NCBI GenBank assembly: GCA_041745895.1
Contig: JBGTIC010000265.1
Span: 1 to 43,810 of the forward strand
Source: Gammaproteobacteria bacterium
GTDB taxonomy: Bacteria > Pseudomonadota > Gammaproteobacteria > Steroidobacterales > PWYM01
Direction: 5' to 3'
DNA length: 43,810 nucleotides
Part shown: in pieces, positions 1 to 10,277 of the stretch
How the letters are laid out: each line of letters starts with the position of its first letter
Position numbering within the stretch: the stretch's first letter is position 1
Position numbers and translations under genes: made by a program
The notes under the pieces: generated by a model
What the model saw: the letters and a program-made list of their open reading frames with translations, nothing else
The model's database searches: none
Told to the model about the DNA's origin: nothing

Positions 1-130
1 GCCGCTCGGGCCCCGCCTGGGCGGCGGCCTCAAGGCCCTCTAGCAGCAGCACATCCGCCCGGCCTGCAGCGGACATGGCCAGCCCGGCGCACAGGGCTGC
101 GATCAGCAGGGGCTTGTGTGAAATCCGCAT
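1..130 (-). CDS. Secreted hypothetical protein, N-terminal part (runs off the left edge)
   Basis: Hand translation from the ATG at 130 gives MRISHKPLLIAALCAGLAMSAAGRA|DVLLLEGLEAAAQAGPER: basic N-terminus, hydrophobic core, signal-peptidase-like cleavage site, purine-rich SD-like sequence upstream. Not in the ORF track because it is truncated. Confidence 0.65.
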   Translation of the reverse strand, partial: MRISHKPLLIAALCAGLAMSAAGRADVLLLEGLEAAAQAGPER

Positions 131-162
131 CACAAACGCTCTCTCAGGTCTCCGACACGCGA

Positions 163-171
163 ACTATAGCA
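163..171 (-). promoter_or_regulatory. Putative extended -10 sigma70 promoter for the divergent secreted-protein gene
   Basis: The minus strand reads TGcTATAGT (TGnTATAAT with one mismatch), about 30 nt upstream of the ATG at 130. Confidence 0.4.
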
Positions 172-214
172 CCGCCTCGGGCGGGCAAAGCGCGAACTGC
201 GTCAACATCCGCTG

Positions 215-223
215 TGGTGTAAT
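215..223 (+). promoter_or_regulatory. Putative extended -10 sigma70 promoter for the lol operon
   Basis: TGgTGTAAT ends 6 nt before the ATG at 230. Confidence 0.4.
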
Positions 224-229
224 GCGGCG

Positions 230-1477
230 ATGTTTCGTCCGCTGGAGTGCTACATCGGCCTGCGTTACCTGCGTGCCAGGGGGCGCAACGGGTTCATTTC
301 CTTCATCAGCCTGGCCTCGATGCTCGGTGTGGCGATCGGGGTGGCTGCGCTGATCGTGATTCTGTCGGTGATGAACGGCTTCGAGGGGGAGTTGCGCGAC
401 CGACTGCTGAGCATGACTGCGCATGCCGCTGTCCGGGACGAGGGTGGGCCGCTTGCGTCCTGGGCGTCCCTGCGCGACGAAGCCCTGGCCACGCCCGGCA
501 TCGTGGCGGCGGCACCGTTCGTGCGTGTCGAGGCGATGCTCGGGCGCGGCAACCAGCTGCATGGTGCGGAAATCCGCGGCGTCCTGCCGGAGCTGGAGTC
601 CGGCGTCTCTCAGATCAGCGGCTTCATGCGCGAGGGCAGGCTCGCCGACCTGCGCTCCGGCGGCGGGCAGATCATTCTCGGGCGGGTCCTTGCGCTGTCG
701 ATCGGTGCCGAGACGGGCAGTCTGGTGACGGTGCTGGTGCCCGAGATCATTGCCGATGGCACGGGTATCCGACCCAAGCTTCGCGGCTTCACGGTAAGCG
801 GCATCTTCGAGGCCGGACTGCAGGATCATGACGGTACGCTGGCGCTGGTGCACCTCGACGATGCCGCCGCGCTCGCGGGACACGATGGCCTGGCCGGCGG
901 CCTGCGGCTGCAGATGGACGATGTGTTCGCCGCGCCGCGACTGGCAGAAGCCCTGGCAGGTCGCCTTGGCGCAGGCTACGCACATACCGACTGGACACGC
1001 GAGAACGCAACGTACTTTCGCGCGATCCGTCTGGAGAAGACCATGATGACCACGATCATGCTGCTGATCGTGACCGTGGCGGCGTTCAACATTGTCGCCT
1101 CACTCGTGATGGTGGTGACCGAGAAGCATACCGACGTGGCGATCCTGCGCACGCTCGGGCTGTCGGCGAAATCGGTCAATCGGGTGTTCATCGTGCAGGG
1201 CGCCGTCATCGGGGTGACCGGCACACTGCTCGGACTCGCACTGGGTATTGTCCTGGCAGCCAACGTTGACATCATCGTGCCGTGGCTGGAGCAGACCTTT
1301 CGCTTCCAGATCATGCCCGGCGATGTCTATTACGTGACCGACATTCCCGCCGAGATCCGCTGGCCCGACGTGACACTCATCGCGGCCGCCTCGCTGCTGC
1401 TGACCCTGCTGGCCACGCTGTATCCGGCTCGGCGTGCCGCCGGTATCGCCCCTGCCGAAGCCCTGCGTTACGACTGA
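230..1477 (+). CDS. lolC: Lipoprotein-releasing ABC transporter permease, LolC/E/F family (copy 1)
   Basis: IGLRYLR...FISFIS..SMLG...LSVMNGFE N-terminus, VAAFNI..SLVMVV.EK..D.AILRTLG, and C-terminal YPARRAA..PAEALRY; lies upstream of lolD. The C versus E assignment is positional only. Confidence 0.88.
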   Translation: MFRPLECYIGLRYLRARGRNGFISFISLASMLGVAIGVAALIVILSVMNGFEGELRDRLLSMTAHAAVRDEGGPLASWASLRDEALATPGIVAAAPFVRVEAMLGRGNQLHGAEIRGVLPELESGVSQISGFMREGRLADLRSGGGQIILGRVLALSIGAETGSLVTVLVPEIIADGTGIRPKLRGFTVSGIFEAGLQDHDGTLALVHLDDAAALAGHDGLAGGLRLQMDDVFAAPRLAEALAGRLGAGYAHTDWTRENATYFRAIRLEKTMMTTIMLLIVTVAAFNIVASLVMVVTEKHTDVAILRTLGLSAKSVNRVFIVQGAVIGVTGTLLGLALGIVLAANVDIIVPWLEQTFRFQIMPGDVYYVTDIPAEIRWPDVTLIAAASLLLTLLATLYPARRAAGIAPAEALRYD

Positions 1478-1484
1478 GCGGCGC

Positions 1485-2741
1485 ATGCGCACGAGCCAGC
1501 TTCCCTTCGAGTTGTTCATTGGTCTGCGTTATCTGCGCGCCCGCGGGCGTAACCGATTTATCTCGTTCATTTCGCTGATTTCCATGCTGGGTATCGCACT
1601 CGGGGTTGCGGTATTGATCGTGGTGTTGTCGGTCATGAACGGCTTTGAACGTGAACTTCGCGAGCGCATTCTCAACATGACCGCCCATGCCACCATCACC
1701 GGCTTCGGGGAGGCATTGCCGGACTGGCGTGCCGTGGCGGAGTTCGCTGCCGGTTACCCACAGGTCGAGGCAGCCGCGCCCTATATCGAAGGTCAGGGCC
1801 TGCTGCTGGCCGGGCAAGTGCTCTCCGGTGTGGCCCTGCGAGGCATCGAGCCGTCTCTGGAGGCCACCGTCGCCGGTATCGATACGCTGATGATCGAAGG
1901 CTCGCTGGACGCGCTGCAGGCGGGGCAATGGCGTGTCGTGCTGGGCGAGGAACTGGCGCGTGCGCTTAGTGTGGGTCTTGGCGAACGGGTCATTCTTGTC
2001 ATCCCCGAGGGCTCGGTCACGCCGATGGGGCTCATGCCGCGGATGCGCAGTTTCACGGTCAGCGGCATTTTCCGCGCCGGCATGTTCGAATTCGATCGCT
2101 CGATTGCATTGCTGCACATGGCTGATGCCCAGCGGCTCTACCGGCTCGGGGAGCGGGCCAGCGGTGTACGCCTTGCCGTGACGGACATCTATCGCGCAGG
2201 ACCGCTGGTGCGTGAGATTGCCCTGGACTACGGTGGTGGCGTGTACATCGATGACTGGACGCGCAGGCATGCGAATTTTTTCCGCTCCATCCAGCTCACC
2301 AAGACGATCATGTTCGTCATTCTGCTGCTGGTCGTGGCGGTGGCCGCATTCAATATCGTCTCGACGCTGGTGATGGTCGTGCGCGACAAGCAGACCGACA
2401 TTTCGATCCTGCGGACTCTGGGTGCGTCGCCGCGACATATCACCAGTATTTTCATTGTCCAGGGTACCGTCATCGGGGTACTGGGTACGCTGTTGGGCGT
2501 ATTGCTGGGCGCACTGCTGGCTCTGAATCTGGAGCGCCTGATTGCCGGCGTGGAAAGGCTGCTGGACACCAAGTTCCTGGCCGCCGATGTGTACTTCATC
2601 AGCGATCTGCCGGCGCAGCTGCAATGGCAGGATCTCCTGGCGATCGCAGTGACGGCGCTCGTGCTGTCGCTGCTCTCGACCCTCTATCCGGCATGGCGAG
2701 CCGCCCGAACGCAGCCTGCGGAGGCATTGCGACATGACTGA
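1485..2741 (+). CDS. lolE: Lipoprotein-releasing ABC transporter permease, LolC/E/F family (copy 2)
   Basis: Same motifs as copy 1 ([39 protein letters not shown]). Start moved to the ATG at 1485, just after the upstream stop. Overlaps the lolD start. Confidence 0.88.
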   Translation: MRTSQLPFELFIGLRYLRARGRNRFISFISLISMLGIALGVAVLIVVLSVMNGFERELRERILNMTAHATITGFGEALPDWRAVAEFAAGYPQVEAAAPYIEGQGLLLAGQVLSGVALRGIEPSLEATVAGIDTLMIEGSLDALQAGQWRVVLGEELARALSVGLGERVILVIPEGSVTPMGLMPRMRSFTVSGIFRAGMFEFDRSIALLHMADAQRLYRLGERASGVRLAVTDIYRAGPLVREIALDYGGGVYIDDWTRRHANFFRSIQLTKTIMFVILLLVVAVAAFNIVSTLVMVVRDKQTDISILRTLGASPRHITSIFIVQGTVIGVLGTLLGVLLGALLALNLERLIAGVERLLDTKFLAADVYFISDLPAQLQWQDLLAIAVTALVLSLLSTLYPAWRAARTQPAEALRHD

Positions 2742-3444
2742 ACCTGCATCATCCACGCTGGTGCTGGAGGCCCTGGGGGTCAGCCGAAGCTTCACCGAAG
2801 TGCGCGGCGAGCTCACGGTATTGCGCGGCGTCGACCTGCAAGTCGGCAGCGGTGACCGTGTGGCAATCATCGGGGCCTCGGGATCCGGCAAGACCACGCT
2901 GCTGCAGATTCTCGGGGGGCTGGATAAGCCCACCGGCGGTGACGTGCGCGTGCGCGGCCAGTCGCTGTTCGGGCTCACCGAAGGCGATCGGGATCAGCTG
3001 CGCAATCGAACCCTGGGCTTCGTCTACCAGTTCCACCACCTGTTGCCCGAGTTTACGGCCATCGAGAACGTGGCCATGCCCCTGTTGATTCGCAGGCTCT
3101 CGCCCGACGATGCGCGCATTCAGGCCGCTGAAGTGCTTGGCCGCGTGGGGCTGGGTGAACGGCTGGATCACAAGCCCTCGGAGCTTTCGGGGGGAGAGCG
3201 GCAGCGTGCCGCCGTGGCGCGCGCGCTGGTCACACGGCCGGCCGTCGTGCTCGCCGACGAGCCCACCGGAAACCTCGATGGTGCCACTGGCGAGCGTGTC
3301 TTCGAGTTGATGCTCGAGCTCAACCGCGAGCTTGCCACCAGCCTGATCGTCGTGACTCACGATCTGCGCATTGCACGGCGCATGGATCGGGTGATGGAAC
3401 TGATAGACGGCAAGTTGCGCGAAGTGCCTGGCGAGCAGCTCTAG
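2734..3444 (+). CDS. lolD: Lipoprotein-releasing ABC transporter ATP-binding protein LolD
   Basis: Walker [10 protein letters not shown], LolD motif [10 protein letters not shown], signature LSGGERQR, Walker [13 protein letters not shown]-loop VTHD. Confidence 0.95.
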   Translation: MTEPASSTLVLEALGVSRSFTEVRGELTVLRGVDLQVGSGDRVAIIGASGSGKTTLLQILGGLDKPTGGDVRVRGQSLFGLTEGDRDQLRNRTLGFVYQFHHLLPEFTAIENVAMPLLIRRLSPDDARIQAAEVLGRVGLGERLDHKPSELSGGERQRAAVARALVTRPAVVLADEPTGNLDGATGERVFELMLELNRELATSLIVVTHDLRIARRMDRVMELIDGKLREVPGEQL

Positions 3445-3977
3445 AGATTTTTCACTCGCTCGCGCTGACGGCCACTGCGGCGGCGAAACCGCCAGACCAG
3501 TGAGAGCCGCCAAAGGCCGTCAATCAGCAGGTGGCCGAGCAGCCCTGCCATGATGCCGACGACCAGCGAGCCCAGCAGCAGCGGTGTTCCGATCCTGGTC
3601 ATCTGCTCGACCAGCAACTGCAGCGACAGCGTGCTGGGAAAGCCCACCGGGTCGCGACCCAGCAGCCACGTGCCAACGCGATAGTCGAGGTAGTACATCT
3701 GCACCATGGTCAGGGGGTTGTTGACGAACACCACCACCACCGCGACGGGCAGGTTCACGCGCAGCCAGATCGCCAGCAATCCGACCAGCAGCAACTGAAA
3801 CGGCATGATGGGCAGGAAGGCCACAAACAGCCCAATGGCTGCGGCGCGTGCCACCCCCTTGCGGTGCACGGCCCATAGCGCAGGGTCGTGCAGCAGCGCA
3901 TGAAAGGGACGCAGGTACCAGCGCTGATGGAGATGCTCGCGCCGGGGCAGGTATTTTCGCAGGAAACGTCGAAACAT
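3441..3977 (-). CDS. DUF2062 family membrane protein
   Basis: LW...[26 protein letters not shown]...Y...YRVG.WLLG and PLLLGS motifs; usual position between the lol genes and comEC. Start set at MFRRF (3977). Its stop overlaps the lolD stop in CTAG. Confidence 0.85.
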   Translation of the reverse strand: MFRRFLRKYLPRREHLHQRWYLRPFHALLHDPALWAVHRKGVARAAAIGLFVAFLPIMPFQLLLVGLLAIWLRVNLPVAVVVVFVNNPLTMVQMYYLDYRVGTWLLGRDPVGFPSTLSLQLLVEQMTRIGTPLLLGSLVVGIMAGLLGHLLIDGLWRLSLVWRFRRRSGRQRERVKNL

Positions 3978-4088
3978 TTGATAAATCAGCTGCCGCGAGG
4001 AATGCTGCTCCGACGCAGAATCATGCTGCAGACGCGCGGGACTCCAAAGATCGGCTGACATTATCCCTGATCTCTTGGGGGAACGGAC

Positions 4089-6389
4089 ATGATTCGCCTG
4101 GCCGCATGGATGCTGGCCGGCAACCTGCTGCTGCTGCAGCTGCCGTGGTTGCCCGCAAAGGCCGCGTTGGCGCTCGCTGCCCTTGCAGGCGTAGTCGTAG
4201 CTGGACTACAACGGTGGGGGCTGGCGATGGGACTGTTCATGTTCGCCTGGACGGGGCTGGTTGCAGACCGCGTCCTGCAGCTGCGGCTGGACAGCGCAAG
4301 CTCGGGCGGTGATTTCGTCGTGGTCGGGCGCGTTGCCGAGTTTCCGCGTCACGGACGCATCCGCAGCAGCTTCGAGTTCGTGGTCAGTGAGGCGCCTGCC
4401 GAGGTGCCGCCACGACTGCGCCTGTCCTGGTATCGGCCGCCGCGTCTGGTGACGCCCGGTGAGGCGCTGCAGTTGACCGTGCGCCTGCGCTCGCCACGTG
4501 GGCTTGCCAACCCCGGGGGCAGCGACTTCGAGGGCTGGCTGTACCGCGCACGCATCGGTGCGACCGGGTATGTACGCGACGAACATCTGCTTGAGGCGGT
4601 ACCTCGCCGGCTGCGGGTGCTGGAGCTTCGCCACAGGCTTGCCGAGCGCGTCACCTGGAAGCTTGGCGAAGGCCGCGGCGCGGCTATTGTCGTGGCGCTG
4701 GGTCTGGGGACTCGACATCTGTTGAATGCCGAGGATCGCGAGGTGCTGGCGCGCACCGGCACGAGTCACTTGATGGCGATCTCGGGTCTGCACATCGGTC
4801 TGGTGGCAGGTCTCGCGTTGTTGGGGTGTCGCCGGCTGTGGGCCTGGTTGCCAGGTCCATGCCGGCGCGTTCCACCTGTGGTCGCAGGGGCGTGGCTGGC
4901 ACTGGTGCTGGCAGGGGTGTACGCGGCGCTTGCAGGGTTTTCCATCCCGACGCGTCGTGCGCTGCTGATGCTCGCCATCGTGCTGGCGGCACTTTGCCTG
5001 CGCAGGCCGCTGCGCCCAGGTCGCGGCCTCGCCCTTGCGATGGTGGTGGTGCTGGCGGTGGATCCACTGGCGACGCTGGATATCAGTTTCTGGCTCTCGT
5101 TCATCGCGGTGGCGGTCATCGCGCTGAGCCTGCACGGTCGCCTCGGGGCCCCCACCCATGACACAGCCTCCGGGCAACCATGGCTGCGTTGGCGCCGGGC
5201 GATCGGCATGTTCGTGCTTCTGCAGGGCATGATCGTCGTCGGCATGGCACCGGCCACCGGCGTGTTCTTCGGGCAGGTGCCACTGGTCTCACCGCTGGCC
5301 AACGCGCTGCTGGTGCCGCTGTTCAGCCTACTCATCGTGCCCGGGACACTGCTCGGCATCCTGCTCATACCGCTTGCCCCATCCCTCGGCCTGCGGTGGC
5401 TTGAGTGTCTCTCGCGCCTGCTCGATGCGCTGTGGCCGTCGCTCTCAGTGCTGGCTGAGCTTCCCTGGTCGGTCTACCCGCTGCCAGCGCTGCCCTGGGT
5501 CTGGTGGCTTGTACTGAGTCTCGCCGCCGCGCTTGCGCTGGCACCTCGCGGCCTGCCGGGTCGCTGGCTCGTGCTGCCTCTGCTGGCAGCGACGCTGGCA
5601 TGGCGACCCGAACTACCTGCTCACGGCGACTTCCAGCTATGGATGCTCGATGTCGGCCAGGGACTCGCGCTGCTGGTGCGCACGCATCGCCATGTGCTGC
5701 TCTACGACACGGGGCCCGCCAGCCCCGAGGGTTTCGATGCCGGCCGCTCGGTGATCCTGCCGATGCTCGCACATCAGCGTATCGAGCGACTCGATATCGT
5801 CATGCTCAGTCATGGCGACAATGATCACGCAGGCGGCTGGCCGTCGATTCACGCACAGCTTCCGGTCGCGCGCGTGCTGGTCGGTGGCGCAGATGCGGCA
5901 CGGTTCAATGCCGAGCCGTGTCTCGCGGGACAGCGATGGCACTGGGATGGTGTGAGCTTCGAGGTGCTGCATCCTGGCAGTCCGCGGCTGCGCGGCAACG
6001 AGGGCTCCTGTGTGCTGAGCATCCGCGCCGGCGGCGGATCGTTACTTGTGAGCGGCGACATCGAGCGTTGGGGCGAATCCAGCCTTCTCGCGCAGGGTGA
6101 GGATCTTCAGCATGCGCTGGTGGTCGTGCCCCATCATGGCAGTACGACGTCCTCGAGCATGGGCCTGGTCACGGCTGTCAGCCCCGATATCGCGCTGGTC
6201 AGTGCTGCTCACGGCAATCGATGGAACCTGCCCCGAGAGGAGGTGGTGGCGCGCTGGCGCAGCGTGGGTGCCGATGTGTTAAACACCGCCGAGACCGGGG
6301 CGCTTGAGATACGTGTGAGCGCGGAAGGGGGCATCGAGATCGCCGAGGGCTGGCGCGAACAGCGACGTCGCTTCTGGCACATGCCCTGA
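4089..6389 (+). CDS. comEC: DNA uptake competence protein ComEC/Rec2
   Basis: OB-like region (NPGGSDFE), competence domain TGTSHLMAISGLHIG, and metallo-beta-lactamase domain DVGQG / SHGDNDHAGG / GDIE / VPHHGS. Confidence 0.95.
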   Translation: MIRLAAWMLAGNLLLLQLPWLPAKAALALAALAGVVVAGLQRWGLAMGLFMFAWTGLVADRVLQLRLDSASSGGDFVVVGRVAEFPRHGRIRSSFEFVVSEAPAEVPPRLRLSWYRPPRLVTPGEALQLTVRLRSPRGLANPGGSDFEGWLYRARIGATGYVRDEHLLEAVPRRLRVLELRHRLAERVTWKLGEGRGAAIVVALGLGTRHLLNAEDREVLARTGTSHLMAISGLHIGLVAGLALLGCRRLWAWLPGPCRRVPPVVAGAWLALVLAGVYAALAGFSIPTRRALLMLAIVLAALCLRRPLRPGRGLALAMVVVLAVDPLATLDISFWLSFIAVAVIALSLHGRLGAPTHDTASGQPWLRWRRAIGMFVLLQGMIVVGMAPATGVFFGQVPLVSPLANALLVPLFSLLIVPGTLLGILLIPLAPSLGLRWLECLSRLLDALWPSLSVLAELPWSVYPLPALPWVWWLVLSLAAALALAPRGLPGRWLVLPLLAATLAWRPELPAHGDFQLWMLDVGQGLALLVRTHRHVLLYDTGPASPEGFDAGRSVILPMLAHQRIERLDIVMLSHGDNDHAGGWPSIHAQLPVARVLVGGADAARFNAEPCLAGQRWHWDGVSFEVLHPGSPRLRGNEGSCVLSIRAGGGSLLVSGDIERWGESSLLAQGEDLQHALVVVPHHGSTTSSSMGLVTAVSPDIALVSAAHGNRWNLPREEVVARWRSVGADVLNTAETGALEIRVSAEGGIEIAEGWREQRRRFWHMP

Positions 6390-6437
6390 GCGCCGCGCTA
6401 TAGTCCGCGTTTGACGTAACGGCTTTCAAAGGCACCC

Positions 6438-7064
6438 ATGCTCGAGATCGTTCAGGCTGGCGGCTGGCTCATGCTGCCAATCATCATCTGCTCCATATGT
6501 GCTGCGGCCATTATCCTCGAGCGCCTGTGGACGCTGAAACAGACGCGTGTACTGCCTCGCGACCTGACGGCACGCGTCTGGCAACTCGTCAAGTCCGAAC
6601 AGCTCACCCGCCAGCACATCGAGACCATCCAGCGCGACTCGCCGCTGGGACGCATCCTTGCGGCGGGGCTGATCAACCGCGACCGCGATCGAGATGAACT
6701 CAAGGAAAGCATCGAGGACACCGGGCGTCATGTCGTCCACGAACTCGAACGTTACCTCAATCCCCTGGGCACGATCGCGGCGATCACGCCGCTGCTGGGC
6801 CTGCTGGGAACGGTGATCGGCATGGTCAAGGTGTTTGCGGCCATCACGACGCATGGCGTTGGCAATCCTGGCGTACTCGCCGGCGGCATCTCCGAGGCGC
6901 TGATCACTACGGCTGCCGGTCTGTCGGTGGCAATTCCGGCGCTGATGGGCTATCGCTACCTGCGCGGGCGGATAGATGGCCTGGTGGTGGAGATGGAAAA
7001 AGAAGCCATGAAGCTTGTCGAGGCGCTGCAGTATCGCAAGAGCATCGAGCAGGCCGGCGCGTGA
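6438..7064 (+). CDS. exbB: MotA/TolQ/ExbB proton channel family protein
   Basis: GGWLM.PI TM1, LGTIAAITPLLGLLGTVIGM, LAGGISEALITTAAGL; followed by an ExbD-like gene. Confidence 0.88.
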   Translation: MLEIVQAGGWLMLPIIICSICAAAIILERLWTLKQTRVLPRDLTARVWQLVKSEQLTRQHIETIQRDSPLGRILAAGLINRDRDRDELKESIEDTGRHVVHELERYLNPLGTIAAITPLLGLLGTVIGMVKVFAAITTHGVGNPGVLAGGISEALITTAAGLSVAIPALMGYRYLRGRIDGLVVEMEKEAMKLVEALQYRKSIEQAGA

Positions 7065-7486
7065 AGCTGAGGGCGCGCCAGCGTGAAGAGCCCGACATCA
7101 ACCTTACATCGCTGATCGATGTCGTGTTGCTGTTGCTGGTGTTCTTCATGGTCTCGACGAGCTTCGTGCGCGAATCCGAGATCCGGCTGAATCTGCCCGA
7201 AGCCACCGATGCCGCGGTGGCGGACATCGAACGCGAGATCATCGAGATCACGGTCACGGCCACGGGCAGCTACCTTGTGGACGGACGCCTTTTGGTCAAC
7301 AACCAGGCGGCGACCCTTCGCCGTGCGATTATGGAAATCAGCCAGGGACGCGACCGCCTTCCCGTGATCATCCGTGCCGATGCGCAGGCCCGTCACCAGG
7401 ATGTCGTGACCGCCATGGATGTGGCAGGTCGTCTGGGACACAGTGATATCAGCATCGCCACCGTCAGCAACCCGGATGCACGCTAG
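7061..7486 (+). CDS. exbD: Biopolymer transport protein ExbD/TolR family
   Basis: INLTSLIDVVLLLLVFFMV TM containing the conserved Asp, IIRADA motif; GTGA overlap with exbB. Confidence 0.9.
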   Translation: MKLRARQREEPDINLTSLIDVVLLLLVFFMVSTSFVRESEIRLNLPEATDAAVADIEREIIEITVTATGSYLVDGRLLVNNQAATLRRAIMEISQGRDRLPVIIRADAQARHQDVVTAMDVAGRLGHSDISIATVSNPDAR

Positions 7487-7495
7487 GATTCGCGC

Positions 7496-9247
7496 GTGAG
7501 GGTGCCTGGCGTCGACCCTGGCGTGATGCGTGTTTACGGACGCCTGTTGGGCTATGCCCGACCACACCTTCGGGTGCTGTCTCTGGCGATGGTTGCGATG
7601 GTGATTTACGCCGCCACTGACTCGGGTTTCGCGCTGCTGATGCAGCCGCTGCTGCGCTCACTGGAGGCAGGCGAGGCGGCAGTCTCGTGGCTGCTGCCGC
7701 TGCTGGTGCTTGGCCTGTTTGTCACTCGTGCGCTGGCCGGCTTTGGTGCCGACTTCGCGCTGGGCTGGGTCGGTCGTCAGGTGATCAAGCAGATGCGTAC
7801 GCAGGTGTTTTCGCATCTGGTCAATCTGCCCACCCGGTACTACGACCAGAGCTCCTCGGGCATGCTGCTCTCCAAGCTCACCTACAACATCGAGCAGGTC
7901 GCGGAGTCCACCAGCAATGTCTTGACCATTCTGATCCGCGACACGCTGACGATATTGGGTCTGGTGGCTGTAATGGTCTATTTGAGCCCGACGCTATCGT
8001 TGTTCATCGCCCTCGTCGCGCCGACGATTGCCGTGCTCATCCGCTATCTGAGCAAGCTGTTCAGACGCTACAGCAGCCGTATCCAGAGTTCCATGGGCGA
8101 TGTCACACGTGTGGCCGAGCAGGCGATTTCCGGTCATCGTGTCATAAAGGTTTTCAATGGCCAGGGCTTCGAGGAAGGACAGTTCGAGGTCGTCAACGAG
8201 CGCAATCGCAGCCAGCACATGAAGCTGGTGCTGTCGAAGTCGCTGGGAGATTCGGCCACCCAGTTCCTGGCGGCGCTCGGCGTGGCGGGGGTGATATTCG
8301 TCGCCACGCTGCAAAGCGCGGTGGACGCGATTGATCCGGCCCGATTCGTCGCCTTTTTGTCGGCCATGCTGCTGTTGATGGCGCCGCTGAAGCGTCTGAC
8401 CAATGTAAATGTCGCGCTGCAGCGCGGTATTGCCGCCGGCGAGACCATCTTCGAACTGCTTGACGAACACACCGAGCGCGATAGCGGTACGCGAACGATC
8501 GAGCGCGCGCGGGGCGATATCGCCTTCGAGCACGTGGACTTCACCTATGACCAGGCCAAGGGGGCCGTACTTCGCGACATCGACCTGGCCGTGCCTGCCG
8601 GGCAGACGATGGCGATCGTCGGGCGCTCGGGCAGTGGCAAGTCGACACTGGTCGGCCTGCTGCCGCGCTTCTACGATATCGCCAGAGGCCGCATCCTGCT
8701 CGACGGAATTGACGTGCAAGAGTATCGCCTGACCGATCTGCGTCGTCAGATCGCGCTGGTCAGCCAGGACGTGACCCTGTTCAACGATACCATTGCGCAC
8801 AATATCGCCTATGGGCTGGGCGAGCAGATCGGCCGCGAGGACATCGAGCGCGCCGCCGAGGTGGCCCATGTCAGCGAATTCATCGACGCACTGCCCAACG
8901 GGCTGGATACGGTCGTTGGCGATCGAGGGGTGCTGCTCTCCGGCGGCCAGCGTCAGCGTATCGCGATCGCCCGTGCGGTCCTGAAGAACGCGCCGATCCT
9001 GATCCTCGATGAGGCCACCTCAGCGCTGGACACCGAGTCCGAGCGACACATCCACCTGGCGCTGGAGGCGCTGATGCGTGATCGCACCACGCTGGTCATC
9101 GCGCACCGGCTCTCAACGGTCGAGAAGGCGCACCGGATCATCGTCATGGAGGCCGGTGGGATCGTGGAAAGCGGCAGCCATGCGCAACTGCTCGAAGCCG
9201 GCGGTCAGTACGCGGCCTTGCATCGCTTGCAGTTCGCGGAGGTCTGA
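7496..9247 (+). CDS. msbA: Lipid A export ABC transporter permease/ATPase MsbA
   Basis: Fused TMD and NBD (GRSGSGKS, LSGGQRQR, LILDEATSALD), directly upstream of lpxK. Start could be the ATG at 7526. Confidence 0.93.
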   Translation: MRVPGVDPGVMRVYGRLLGYARPHLRVLSLAMVAMVIYAATDSGFALLMQPLLRSLEAGEAAVSWLLPLLVLGLFVTRALAGFGADFALGWVGRQVIKQMRTQVFSHLVNLPTRYYDQSSSGMLLSKLTYNIEQVAESTSNVLTILIRDTLTILGLVAVMVYLSPTLSLFIALVAPTIAVLIRYLSKLFRRYSSRIQSSMGDVTRVAEQAISGHRVIKVFNGQGFEEGQFEVVNERNRSQHMKLVLSKSLGDSATQFLAALGVAGVIFVATLQSAVDAIDPARFVAFLSAMLLLMAPLKRLTNVNVALQRGIAAGETIFELLDEHTERDSGTRTIERARGDIAFEHVDFTYDQAKGAVLRDIDLAVPAGQTMAIVGRSGSGKSTLVGLLPRFYDIARGRILLDGIDVQEYRLTDLRRQIALVSQDVTLFNDTIAHNIAYGLGEQIGREDIERAAEVAHVSEFIDALPNGLDTVVGDRGVLLSGGQRQRIAIARAVLKNAPILILDEATSALDTESERHIHLALEALMRDRTTLVIAHRLSTVEKAHRIIVMEAGGIVESGSHAQLLEAGGQYAALHRLQFAEV

Positions 9248-9253
9248 ACACCG

Positions 9254-10270
9254 ATGCCGGGCTGGCTGGCGCAGCTGTGGTACGGACGCAGTGCCTGGCG
9301 CTGGGCGCTGTGGCCGGTGTCCTTGCTGTTCGTCCTGGGGGTCAGGATTCGGCGCAGCCGGTACCGACGCCGTGGCAGCGTCCATGGCGGTTCGGCGCTC
9401 CCGGTGGTCGTGGTGGGCAACATCAGTGTCGGCGGTACAGGCAAGACGCCCCTGGTCATCTGGCTTGTCGAGCAGCTTCGAGCGCGCCAGGTGCGCGTGG
9501 GTGTTGTGAGCCGTGGATACGGCGGCCTTGGATTCCGCCAGCCGAAACTGATCGCAAGCGGCGACTCCGCCGCTGAGGTCGGCGATGAGCCACTGCTGAT
9601 CTCAAGACGTACTGGTGTGCCTGTGGTCGTATGTACCGATCGCCGCGCCGCAGTCATGCGCCTTGCGCAGGAGGATGTCGCGCTCGCCATCAGTGACGAT
9701 GGTCTGCAGCATTACGCGATGGCACGTGCGATGGAGATCGTCGTGGTGGATGGTGAGCGTGGCCTGGGCAATGGCCTGTGTCTGCCGGCCGGGCCGCTGC
9801 GTGAACCCGTGACGCGCCTGTCCGAGGTCGATGCTGTCGTTGTGAATGGTTCACAACACGGGGCGCGTATACCGGCCGACAGCCTCCACATGCAGCTTGT
9901 TCCCGGAGACCTGGTGTCCCTGTCGGATGCTCCGAGTTTGCCACTTGCCGGCCTGCAGGGGCACATCGTGCACGCCGTGGCAGGCATTGGTCACCCGCAG
10001 CGCTTCTTTACGACGCTCGAGCAGGCCGGGCTGACGGTGCTGGCCCATCCGCTCGACGACCACGCCCGGCTGCGCTACGACGACCTGATGTTTGCAGATG
10101 ACTATCCTGTCGTCATGACCGAGAAGGATGCTGTGAAATGTGGCGGATTGAGACTGCCCAGACACTGGTATCTGCCAGTGCAGGCCGAGTTGTCGGTGGC
10201 TGACGGGCAAGCGCTGCTCGACGCAGTGCTTGCCCGCACAGGATGTGCCGTGGAGCCGTGCCGTGGATGA
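9254..10270 (+). CDS. lpxK: Tetraacyldisaccharide 4'-kinase
   Basis: VVVGNISVGGTGKTP, SRGYG, GDEP, DDGLQHY, LPAGPLRE, AGIGHP..FF, MTEKDAVK. Confidence 0.96.
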   Translation: MPGWLAQLWYGRSAWRWALWPVSLLFVLGVRIRRSRYRRRGSVHGGSALPVVVVGNISVGGTGKTPLVIWLVEQLRARQVRVGVVSRGYGGLGFRQPKLIASGDSAAEVGDEPLLISRRTGVPVVVCTDRRAAVMRLAQEDVALAISDDGLQHYAMARAMEIVVVDGERGLGNGLCLPAGPLREPVTRLSEVDAVVVNGSQHGARIPADSLHMQLVPGDLVSLSDAPSLPLAGLQGHIVHAVAGIGHPQRFFTTLEQAGLTVLAHPLDDHARLRYDDLMFADDYPVVMTEKDAVKCGGLRLPRHWYLPVQAELSVADGQALLDAVLARTGCAVEPCRG

Positions 10271-10277
10271 GGCGCAG

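Noticed and set aside
1377-2978. Long antisense ORFs (533 aa here; also 11273-12946 and 36958-38559)
   Set aside because: They shadow well-supported genes on the opposite strand, as expected from GC-rich codon bias, and show no recognisable motifs.
3441-3444. lolD and DUF2062 stop codons interlocked in CTAG
   Set aside because: A common convergent overlap with no sign of special function.
6375-6390. TGGCAC at the end of comEC as a sigma54 promoter for exbB
   Set aside because: The -12 position reads GA, not GC. A TATAGT -10 at 6399-6404 is more plausible but lacks a good -35.
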